From Proteromonas lacertae (lineage: Eukaryota): DNA of 64,000 nucleotides. The stretch is taken from assembly GCA_002245135.1 (NCBI GenBank), contig NGBS01000882.1, positions 1 to 64,000 on the forward strand, written 5' to 3'. The translations under genes and the position numbers were made by a program. Positions 25,888-36,528 of the stretch are shown here, piece after piece (within the stretch, counting starts at the first letter, position 1; every line of letters starts with the position of its first letter). The notes below the pieces were generated by a model. That model was not told the DNA's origin. It ran no database searches and worked only from the letters and a program-made list of their open reading frames with translations.

Positions 25888-28551
25888 ATGGAATCAGATG
25901 AAGATGAAGTTACTGCTACACTTGAATCTCTCAGAAACGATATTGTTGATGTGATAAACACTTTAAATGGGTCTGAAAAAGAAGAAAGTGTTGATGATAA
26001 AAAAGAAGAAGAAATTGACCAAGATAATGTAAATGTATTTGTTACTTCTTCTCTTGCAAATTATCACAATATATTAACCACTACAATACCTATTATTACA
26101 TCAAATATGTCAAAGCAAAAGTATGAAATAGATTCATTAATAAAAGAAAACTATAATCTATTATATCAACTTCAATCTGTTCGTGGATCTTTTTTAATGT
26201 ATGTTCGTGTGTGTCAATCCTTATCTCCGCCAGTAACAAAGGAAAATCCCAAATGTATTGAGGTGTACGATGTTAATCGTTTATCTTACTATGATTCGTC
26301 TTCTACCAACACAACACTCTTCGAATTTCCACGTGTATATTCAGACACTTCAAAATCAGAAGATATATTCAAAGAAACAGAATTTATTTGTTCATCACTA
26401 TATGAAGGTGAAGTTGTCTTATTATTAAATTATGGTCAATATAAAACCGATAGAACAGTAACTTTATTTAATCAATCAGGTTTATTATCTCAATATTTAA
26501 ACAAAATACACAAAATATCAAAATCAAAGAAATCTACAGGTAAAATAGATATAATAGCTGAAGTGTTGGAAATATATAATGAAGAAATATTCGATATATT
26601 GAGCAAAAAGAAAGTAAAATTAGATTCAAAAGTTACTGAAAATAATAATAATATAGAATTAGAAAAAATAACAAAATTAGAAATTAAATCTAAAAATGAT
26701 ATTCAAACATTAATTGGAATAGTCTCCTCATATCGATTGAATTTATCAATAGCAAGGAATGAAAGTAGATTTGAACATTCAACTATGTATATTAAAATAC
26801 AAGTAATTTGTTCAGAAAATTCAAATATAAAAAGAAATGGAGTTTTATATCTTATTGATCTACCAGGAAGTGAAATATTGAATAGAATATCAACATCAAA
26901 AGATAGATTATCTGAAAGTCAAACCTTAAACAAATCATTTATGAATTTTATTGATTTATTAAAGTCTCTAAAAGAAAAAAGAAGAAGTTTTTCATTTCAA
27001 AAGACTAAATTAACATTATTATTAAAAGATTGTATTATGAATGAAAATCCGCGAGTTTTATTCTTTTTAACTATTTTTAATGATAGAAAGCATTCGGCTG
27101 AATCTTTATCTACTTTAAATTTTGGCAAATTATTGCAGGAAATACACCTAGGCCCAGTTCAATATCATATATCAATGATTAATTCAAGTTGTGAGAATAA
27201 TGAGTTAAAAAGTTATATAAAGACTTTAGAAACGAATAGAAAACAATTATCAAAGAAAATAAAAGCATTAGAAGATGTAAATAATGATTCTAAGAATGAA
27301 GAATTATTGAAAACAATTCAAAATTTAAAGAATGAGAAGGAAGAATATAGAGTAAAAAGTATAGTATCAAATAAAGAAATAGAGAAGTTAAAGAATCATA
27401 TAATGAACTTAGAAAATGAGAATAAGAAATTGAATAATGAAAGAAAGAATTTATTACAGTCAAATCAATCGTTAACAAGAAGATGTGATGATTCAAATGT
27501 AGAGAAAGTTCAACTACAAAATGAGATAAATAAACTAAAAAGTAAGAATAGTTTTATTAAGAAAGTGAATGAAAAAGAAATGAATAACAATAATACAATC
27601 AATTTGAATAATAATAATAATAATGTAATAAATACATTGAATGAATCATCTTCATCTCAAACTCCAACTATCACAGTATTACAACAACAAAACCAAAATC
27701 TACAATTCAAAGAAATGAAAATGTCTTTAAACCAAACAAATCATGATTATATTCAAAGTGAAAAGAAGAATAAATTATTACAAAACCAAATAAAAAGATT
27801 AGAAATGAATAATTCAATATTGTCAGAAAAGCTATCCAATTCCAATCAAAAGATAATCTCATTGAATAGAAAGTGTGGTCATTTAACATCACAATTAAAT
27901 ATTATACAACAAGAGTTAATAGAATCGAGAGTAAATCCATCCAAAATATTAAAACCAAATGTAAGGAAATATACTCAAAATTTTTCAAAATCGTTCAATA
28001 ATAATCCATCCTATTTGAAGAAAAGAAAAAATACATTCTCTGGTTATTCATCCAATAATAATAATAATAATAATAGGAGAAGTATTAATAAAAGCTTTTC
28101 AAAGACTTTTTCTCCTCAGAATTTGAATGAAATAACAACACAATTATCGAAATTATCAATCAGATCTTTAGATACTACTCCAAAAGATGAAAATGATGAT
28201 GATGAATATGAGAATGATAAATTATTAACATCTTCAGTTCCATTATCTCCACTATTATCACCATTAAAAAGAAAACAAATTGCAAAGAATAGAATATTGG
28301 ATGAGAATTACAGTAGTGTTAAAATACAATCAGTATTTAGAGGATATCTAGATAGAAAATGTCATAGAAATGACATACAAATCATTCAAGAAAAAATGAA
28401 TAACTATAGAGATGAAAGGAATAAAAATGCAGTTAAAATACAGAAAATATTTCGTGGATTTAGTACAAGGAAATTGCTCTTTAGAGTATTGAATGATTCT
28501 GCTCCTAATATGTTGAATGTAAGTGTGGATTTAGATAATTTATTTGATTAA
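25888..28551 (+). CDS. Kinesin-14-like protein with degenerate motor motifs, coiled coil and two C-terminal IQ motifs, 887 aa, no intron needed
   Basis: Neck LQSVRGSFLMYVRV, LEIYNEEIFDIL, LIDLPGSE, KLTLLLKD, ESLSTLNFG; IQSVFRGYLDRK and IQKIFRGFSTRK. Confidence 0.85.
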   Translation: MESDEDEVTATLESLRNDIVDVINTLNGSEKEESVDDKKEEEIDQDNVNVFVTSSLANYHNILTTTIPIITSNMSKQKYEIDSLIKENYNLLYQLQSVRGSFLMYVRVCQSLSPPVTKENPKCIEVYDVNRLSYYDSSSTNTTLFEFPRVYSDTSKSEDIFKETEFICSSLYEGEVVLLLNYGQYKTDRTVTLFNQSGLLSQYLNKIHKISKSKKSTGKIDIIAEVLEIYNEEIFDILSKKKVKLDSKVTENNNNIELEKITKLEIKSKNDIQTLIGIVSSYRLNLSIARNESRFEHSTMYIKIQVICSENSNIKRNGVLYLIDLPGSEILNRISTSKDRLSESQTLNKSFMNFIDLLKSLKEKRRSFSFQKTKLTLLLKDCIMNENPRVLFFLTIFNDRKHSAESLSTLNFGKLLQEIHLGPVQYHISMINSSCENNELKSYIKTLETNRKQLSKKIKALEDVNNDSKNEELLKTIQNLKNEKEEYRVKSIVSNKEIEKLKNHIMNLENENKKLNNERKNLLQSNQSLTRRCDDSNVEKVQLQNEINKLKSKNSFIKKVNEKEMNNNNTINLNNNNNNVINTLNESSSSQTPTITVLQQQNQNLQFKEMKMSLNQTNHDYIQSEKKNKLLQNQIKRLEMNNSILSEKLSNSNQKIISLNRKCGHLTSQLNIIQQELIESRVNPSKILKPNVRKYTQNFSKSFNNNPSYLKKRKNTFSGYSSNNNNNNNRRSINKSFSKTFSPQNLNEITTQLSKLSIRSLDTTPKDENDDDEYENDKLLTSSVPLSPLLSPLKRKQIAKNRILDENYSSVKIQSVFRGYLDRKCHRNDIQIIQEKMNNYRDERNKNAVKIQKIFRGFSTRKLLFRVLNDSAPNMLNVSVDLDNLFD

Positions 28552-28619
28552 CATTATATATGTGTATTTCTTTGTATCTAATAGTTCAAAAATAAATAAA
28601 TCTCTTAAATTATATATGT

Positions 28620-28635
28620 GGTGCTAAAAAGCACC
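28620..28635 (-). promoter_or_regulatory. Histone mRNA 3' stem-loop
   Basis: Minus strand AAACCA-GGTGCT-TTTT-AGCACC-ACA: 6-bp stem and 4-nt U loop, 35 nt after the H2B stop codon. Confidence 0.85.
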
Positions 28636-28670
28636 TGGTTTTAAACTTCTTTAAAAGTAAATTCATTTAT

Positions 28671-29084
28671 TTACTCTTTCTTTTCGGGAGCAGCTTTACC
28701 TGTAGCACTAGTAACTAAACTGTTGTATTTTGTTACAGATTTTGTACCTTCTGATACAGCATGCTTCGCTAATTCACCTGGTAAAACTAATCTTACAGCA
28801 CTTTGGATTTCACGACTACTTAAAGTGTGCTTCTTGTTGTATCGACATAATTGACCTGCTTCACCACAGATTCTTTCGAATATATCACTTACAAAAGAAT
28901 TCATTACAGACATTCCTTTCTTTGATATACCACATTCAGGATGAACTTGTTTCAATACTTTGAAAATGTAAGAAGAATAGGTTTCTATTCTTCTGGCGTG
29001 TCTTTTTTTACCATCTTTGTTTGTGGCGACTTTCTTTACATTCTTTACGGCTTTCTTTGATGCAGCTGCTGGTTCTTGACCCAT
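28671..29084 (-). CDS. H2B: Histone H2B with ~15-aa C-terminal extension
   Basis: [16 protein letters not shown]...[31 protein letters not shown]. Confidence 0.97.
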   Translation of the reverse strand: MGQEPAAASKKAVKNVKKVATNKDGKKRHARRIETYSSYIFKVLKQVHPECGISKKGMSVMNSFVSDIFERICGEAGQLCRYNKKHTLSSREIQSAVRLVLPGELAKHAVSEGTKSVTKYNSLVTSATGKAAPEKKE

Positions 29085-30069
29085 GATTGAAGATTTTGAG
29101 AGATTGGATGAATAGATTAAAAATTCAAGAAATAATGGAATGAATGATTTTTAGAAATCATTGATTTGAAATATAATTGGATAAAAGCTGATGAAATTAT
29201 TTTTGATCTTTGACATCTAACATGTGTTGAATGTTTGAAATAGATTTTTGAGTTTATTTCATCACATAGAGTTTATTTCATGCTACTAATTTTAAGAAAG
29301 TATAGTTATAGAGAGTATTGTAGAAACACATCCTACAGTAGAGTAATATTCAATCATAAGATTATCTTTTAATCTAGTAATAAGAATCAATCGGTATTTA
29401 CCAATAATATGAATTATAAGTATGATGAAGAAGAACAGAGTAAGAATTCTCTACTTATCCCTTGAGAGTAGTAGAATCAAATTCTCAAATGTTATATGGA
29501 AAATGAGACTGATGACATTACAAGAACATCTCATTCTCCAATAGGGTAACTATGGGATAATATCAGCATCAATACTCTAGGAATGCTCTAAATGTGATAA
29601 TGAAGATTTACTGCAACTATCCAATTAATATTTCAATAAATATACACAATTAATGCTTTTATGTATGTATGAGGATTGATGATGATTATAATAGTAGAAA
29701 GTGGTATAAGAAAGCATAATTAAATAATGATTAATGTAGATAGAAGATGAGTAACTGGAAGGATGGTTAATTCCAAGATAAGTTATGAATAAATCTTGTG
29801 ATGAACCTTACACTAATTCATCCTATTACTCTATCTATTTCGATGATGACTATAAACATCCTTTAGAAGTGTATGAGAATACAAAGCTGGAATTGTTTGT
29901 GAAGGTAAAATAGTTAGGAAGTAATAAATAGGTTCAATATCGAGAGACTAATTAAGAATATCAAAAATTTGAAAGAATGTATGTTTGGAATGAGATTTAG
30001 GTAGACATATTTTAGTCTACAACTGAGATACGATTAGATAAAAGAGAATCTTATTTTAAAACGATCATA

Positions 30070-30313
30070 TTTCATTCACTTTCTTAATAAAACTATTCTT
30101 ACTTTTTAGTTTATTTATCTCATTTTGTAGTTGAACTTTCTCTACATTTGAATCATCACATCTTCTTGTTAACGATTGATTTGACTGTAATAAATTCTTT
30201 CTTTCATTATTCAATTTCTTATTCTCATTTTCTAAGTTCATTATATGATTCTTTAACTTCTCTATTTCTTTATTTGATACTATACTTTTTACTCTATATT
30301 CTTCCTTCTCATT
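30070..30313 (-). repeat. 244-bp inverted copy of kinesin coding sequence 27331-27574
   Basis: Reverse complement match (coordinate sum 57644); no mismatch seen, and the antisense ORFs at 27290-27496 and 30148-30342 share their first 55 aa. Confidence 0.95.
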
Positions 30314-30894
30314 TACTATTTTATCATTATTTTTTAAGTTAATATTTATATATTATTGTTTTAATCTTCTTTAGTTATACAAGCTGATGAAGTAGTTGCT
30401 TTAAGTTAGAAATAGCTTATATAAATATAACAATAGTTATAGTACATAAACTTTTCATACCCTCATTTTAAAAATTGTTGTAAAAAGAAATATGGAACAT
30501 AGAATTTAAAATTATTTTTTGATAGATTATATTTTCATCATACAATGAATTTACAGTAAGAATATAAAAGACTCTAATCCAATATTAAAGACTATGGTTA
30601 ATTAACACCATATATAGTTGTATAGTAATTTTTAACATTCTTTCGAAGATGCAAAAGGGATATTAGTGGTTGTAATAGTGAGATAAAAACTAATTAACTC
30701 ACTTTTAGCTATGCTAAAATACTTCACACCTATAAAGCATGACTTGTAAAATTTCATATGCATTTATTTTGTATATATTAAAAAAAGTACTTTAAAAAAT
30801 ACAAGATTTTTATGTATAGTGACTGAAATATGTCTTGATAGACAAAGAATTAATAACTATTGGATCTTTTTAGATTTTATATCTATTTAAGATT

Positions 30895-33800
30895 ATGAGA
30901 GTTATAGCTCTTATTTTGCTCTTAGCTATATGTATTTCGTATTATCTATATTGTATACAGGTTATGCTCAAGGACCAAGGTGTACTTACAACAATGGTAA
31001 TACAGATTTCTCTTTCGATGTAAATCAAGATGTAGAAATAATTCCTTCCTGTTTACCAACACCTACAAATGCAGCTTCTGATCCAGCTTTACCAACTGGT
31101 CTGTATTTAGGAAGTGATGGTTCAATTAAAGGTGCTCCAACATCTGCTTTACCAAAAACAACATACACCATCACTTTTACAGGACCTACAGGTGATACAT
31201 CCACAACAACAATCTCAATGTCAGTAACTGCTCCAATTCAATCTTGTACTTATGGTGTTACTGACAGAATTCAAATCCCAATCAACACTTATACAATTAT
31301 ACAAGGTCCAAAGTGTGATCCACAAGCTACTTCATTCGAAAAGCAAACAAACAACATTCCAGCAGGAATGACTTTAGATCCAGTGACTGGTGCAATTAGT
31401 GGAACTCCAACAACAACTACAAGAGCTATTACAATCGTTGTAACAGCTAAGAACACTGCAGGTTCATTACCAGTATCTGTGAATGTAATTGTAGTTGATA
31501 ATACTCAATTACCACCTGGTATAATGGCTAGAATTTCTCCAAACAATTATGCTGATCCAAAAGAAGGAGGAAGTTGTGTATCAACTTATGATCCTTACTT
31601 ATATGATTTTGAAAATGGAAATATGAATCCAATCACCACTTATTATTTCACTGAATTAAATCATAATTGTGATGGTGATTGTCCAGCTGCTTTTCCTCAA
31701 CAAAAATATTTTGTAAGATTTGATGGTATTATTCATGCTCCAGTTACAGGTACTTACTCATTTAGAATTTATGTAGATGATTGCGTTTGGTTGTTCTTAG
31801 ATAATAATTATACTCACCCAGTTGCTGCAATTCCAACTACTAAAACTGTTGTTATTAGATTTGAAATGACTGAGGGAGATCATGCATTTACTGCATTACT
31901 ATATCAACTTGGTGGTCCTACTCAACTACGTATAGAATGGAAGATATTCTCAGCTGGTATAATGTATTATGAAAATTTAGGCGGTGAATTTATATCTGGT
32001 CCACAACAACCAGTTCAATTCTTAACTTATCCATCCAGTGATTATATTATTAGAATTCATACAGGTGTAAATATCCAACCAAGTTATGAAGGAAGTCCAA
32101 CTGAATGGTTTATTGAACCAGCTTTACCAACTGGTTTAACATTTTCTAATGGTGCAATTACAGGTAATCCATCAGTAGAAAAAACATCTACAAAATATAA
32201 AATTACTGCCAAGAATGGTGTTTCAACAACAACAGCTGATATTTATCTTACAGTTGTAACTTTATCAACAGAAATCTTAAAACCAGGTATTATGGCAAGT
32301 TATTATTCGTGTAGAAGTACTTCTTATGGTAATGTTGATAGTTGTGAAGGTCAAACATTAGTAGCAAAACATGTAGTTGGTGCAATTGATAGAGAAAAAT
32401 CAAGTAAAACATTTGATGGTTTAATTTCCAAATATGGAACAAATTTGAAAGTAGTTTATGAAGGTTATATCAATTTCCCAAATTCAGGAACTTATATTTA
32501 TGGAACTGATGTGTTAGATGCTGGTAGAGCAAAATTTATAGGTGAATTAGGTTCTGATAGTGATGAAGTAACAGCTCAAAGAACATGTGGAGAAAAGGAA
32601 TTACAAACTTGTGTTCTTGAAACAAGATCAAATCAAAAAACATTAGCAACAAGTGAAGGTCCAAGAGCAATTGAATATACCTATTTGAAATCAAATATGA
32701 ATCCATTGAAACAAGTGCAATTATTCTGGTCAGGAGGTCCAAATATGATGGAAAAGAATTATATTCCATCTGATTATTATTATTATTTACCATCTTCATC
32801 CTTATCTTATGGAACTCCAGTAGCTATTTACATGTCTCAAATTCAACTTGATGCAAATAGACCAATTATCTTTATGTCAAACAAAATATATCAATCATTC
32901 AGTATTTATCCAACATTACCAGCTGGTTTAAGATGTGATTCAAGAACTGGTGTAATCTCAGGAACACCCACAGTTGATTCATCTTACAGAACAAAATATA
33001 CAGTAACAGCCACTTCAACTGATAGAACAAGTGTATTAACAGCGACAGTAGAAATTGAAGTAGTAAAATATGTAGCTCCAATTCCAATTGATTATACAGG
33101 TAGAACAATAAATGGAAAAATAGGAGTAGCAATAGAAACTGTTGCACCAGTAACAGCTCCAACAGGTGTAAATTATTATGTAGAAGGTGGATTACCACTT
33201 GGTTTAAGTGTAGATTCAGCCACAGGTGCAATAAGTGGTGTTCCATTAGAATCAGCTTCAGGAACCATAACAATCTTTGGTCAATCTGATGGTGGTGTTA
33301 CTCAAGCATTAGTTCCAATTCAAATTGATGCATGTGAAACAGGTAAATCTTTTGTGAGAATGGTATTTACTGGCGGTGCAAATTTTGATAATAAAATTTT
33401 CCAAAAGATGTCTTTAAAAAAATTTGATGGAAATGTTGTAATGTGGAGAGATGGATCAGCTTTTGGTACATATGAAATATACCAATGTGTTGATGATGGT
33501 CTTTATCAAGTTACATTAGGTCCAAATAAATATTCAGTTCCAGGTGAATATTGGGTTTATGGTGAAGGAACAAGTATTTACAGATATGGTAAATATATAT
33601 TGAATGATAAAGTGAAAGGAAATGATGCTCCAGAAAATGTTGTAGTTCAATTTTCAGTTACTATTGGTTCTTCTTCATCACCTCAAATCGAATATCCAGA
33701 TGGTGATGGTGGTGTTTATACTATTCAAAGAGGTATTGGTGCTGTTATATCACCAATTATTAGTTACGCAGCTGATTACTGCTCAATTAATCCAGTTAAT

Positions 33801-36131
33801 CTTCCTGATTTATTAGTATTTGATAATAAAACAGGAACAATCACTGGTAATTCAATGTATAACAATCCAGATGGTTTAACATTCACAGTAACATGTACAA
33901 ATAAAGCAGGATCTGGAACAACTCAATTAACAATCAAAACAGAACCATGTCCAGAAGGATCATTCCCTGCTCAAATTGCTGCTAGTTCAACAGGATCTAA
34001 TGGTGCTGGTTGGTTTGCTTATGGTTACTTTTTCAGAGGATTAGAACCACCAGAGGATAAACAAGATTATATAGTTAATTGGGATTTTGGTATTTATCCA
34101 TATACAACAACAAAAAGATCATTCTGTATGTATCCAGATAATTACACTTTAAGTCTTAGTGGAGGATGGGGTTCAAATGCTTTGACAATTTCTTTAGCTG
34201 ATGGTGAGATAATTTATAATGGTAATGAAGTAAAAACTCAAGTATTTGATGTTGCTTATCTAAGTCCACCAAATGCAGCATGGGAATATAGTCCAACAAC
34301 TAATAATAGAAATTGGTATAATAACTTCAAACCAGGTGAATGGGAATCTTATATTCCAGGAAGTTATCCAGATAGAGGTGATAGAGTTTATACAACTTAT
34401 TATAGAACAACATTCACAATTCCTGATGATTTTGATATTAGAAAGATAGCTGCTTTTGAAGCTGGTTTTAAATATGATGCTGGTATTGTTGCTTACTTAA
34501 ACAACAAAGAATTCTACAGAAGAAATGTTCCAGCAAATCAACAAGCTAATACTTATGCCACAGAAATATACACAGGAAGTAATATAATGTTAAGAAGAAC
34601 TGGTGCTTCAGCTGATATATTACAAAATGGTGTGAATTATATTGCTGCAGAAGTTCATAAACACAGAAATAGTGTAAATATCAATCCATTTGCTGCTTTC
34701 TTCAATTATATAGTTGCTGATTGTAACAGAAGAAGTGTAAGAAGTATGGAAGTAACAAACAACTTTGGAGCTGAATTTGTTTATCCAAGTGAACCATTAA
34801 CTAACTGGGTTGATGGTAATAAGAATACAAAAGGTTATGTAAGAAGTGGTTGTAATCCAGTAGAAATTACATTCATGTGGCCAAATGGAAGATCAGAATT
34901 CTTCAACAAATATACTTTAACAACTGGTAATATGTTATATGCTGGTATATATCCATACAGAGTTCCATTCTCATGGGATGTATATGCAACAACAGATGGT
35001 GGTAAAACATGGAAATTATTAGATTCGCAAGATCAAATTATCTTCAGAGATCCAGATAATCTAAATGATGAAACAAACTGGCAAGCAAAACAAGTAACAA
35101 GAGAATTCTACATTTATGGTGTTTCTGAATCATTTGATGGTGTATTAATCAACTTCACAACAACTGGTATTCCTGGTTTAGCACCATGTAAACCAGATTC
35201 TGCTGATTTGGCTGGTTTAGAATTGATGGAAGTGACATTTGATGCTTGTAACAATAAATTATGTGCTCCACAAGGAGAATGGACTGCAACAGTAGCTGGA
35301 AGTGAATGTGTAAGAGAATGTCCAGAAGGTTATAGTGGTAAACAAACTAGAATGTGTAATGATTTAGGTGGAAGTCCAACATGGGGACAAGAACCAGTAT
35401 TCTCACTTGTTTGTTCATTAAAGATGATTAAAGATTTCGTTATTAGTAATGGAACTTCAACAGTATATAAAGATTTTGATGTGGCTGGATTAGTTCCAAC
35501 ATTTAGTGTATATGGTGCTGAATTAGAATATGCAATAACTCCATCTCTTGAAACAACAGTTCCAGGATTGAAATTCAATACATCAACTGGTGAAATAACA
35601 GGAATTCCCAAAGCAGAAATGGCTTTAACCACATTCAGAGTAACAGTTAAAAATCCAGTTTCTGATGAATTATATGGAAATATTCACATTCGTGTAGATA
35701 CAGTTAGATGTATGACTGATGGTTCATGGCCAGCAACTGAACAAGGTAAAACAGTAACAATTCAATGTACAGGATCAACAAGAACAATGACAAGAAGATG
35801 TACAGCTGGTATGAATCCTCATTGGGAGACTTTAGAAGATAATTGTTCAGCCGAAGAAATAGTGAGTAAGAAAACCTCAACAGCAGTAATAGTAGTTGCT
35901 TCAATAGCTGGTGTAATCTTCTTATTATTGATTGGATTCTGTGTATATGCTCGTGCTAGTTCTGCCAAGAAGAGAGCTACTAGAAGAGGAATGAGAACAG
36001 CTCAAGCACAAGCAGCTAAAGCTGCAATGGAAGCTAGAGAGAAAGCAGCAGCTGGTGGTGAACCAGCTCCAGAGAAAGCCACAGCTGCAGCTCCAAAAGA
36101 AGAGAAAGGATTAGCAGCTGAAAGTGAATAA
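30895..36131 (+). CDS. Surface protein B: ~1735-aa type I membrane protein (signal peptide, putative-Ig repeats, two PA14-like domains, galactose-binding-like, F5/8C-like, two Cys/Trp hormone-receptor-like modules, TM, basic and Ala-rich tail); single intron 30932-30960
   Basis: MRVIALILLLAICYAQ after splicing; RFDGIIHAPVTGTYSFRIYVDD; YDAGIVAYLNNKEFYRRNV; PFSWDVYATTDGGKTWKLLD; CxxxGxWxxTxxG..C..R.C..W modules; TM AVIVVASIAGVIFLLLIGFCVY. Confidence 0.92.
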
Positions 36132-36220
36132 ATGAATTTCATTTCATTTCGATTATTCATTCTCTGATATGAACTTTGTTGTTTTTGTTTTCTTTTAAAA
36201 TAAACATAATAACAATATTT

Positions 36221-36431
36221 TAATATTAAAATGATGATTATAGTATTGAACTGTCAATTGATTCTAATAAATTCTTTACAAATTGTTTGGTTCTAGTTGT
36301 ATATCCCATCATATCAGATCGAAATTGACGAAATTCTTCATAAGGACGATTATAGGAAGTGAATGGATCTAATTTATTCTCCAACTGATATTGTAATTCT
36401 TCAGTTAGACCATTTAATATAGATCGATGTT
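36221..36431 (-). repeat. Arm-2 copy of the 211-bp Ariadne 3' fragment
   Basis: Reverse complement of 8792-9002, including the same divergent patch. Confidence 0.93.
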
Positions 36432-36528
36432 TATTTAATACTTATCATAGTTAGTATAATATAAAAAACAAAAACAAATAATAGTTATTAAAACATAAAA
36501 ATCCAATAATAATTTATCATTAACACAT

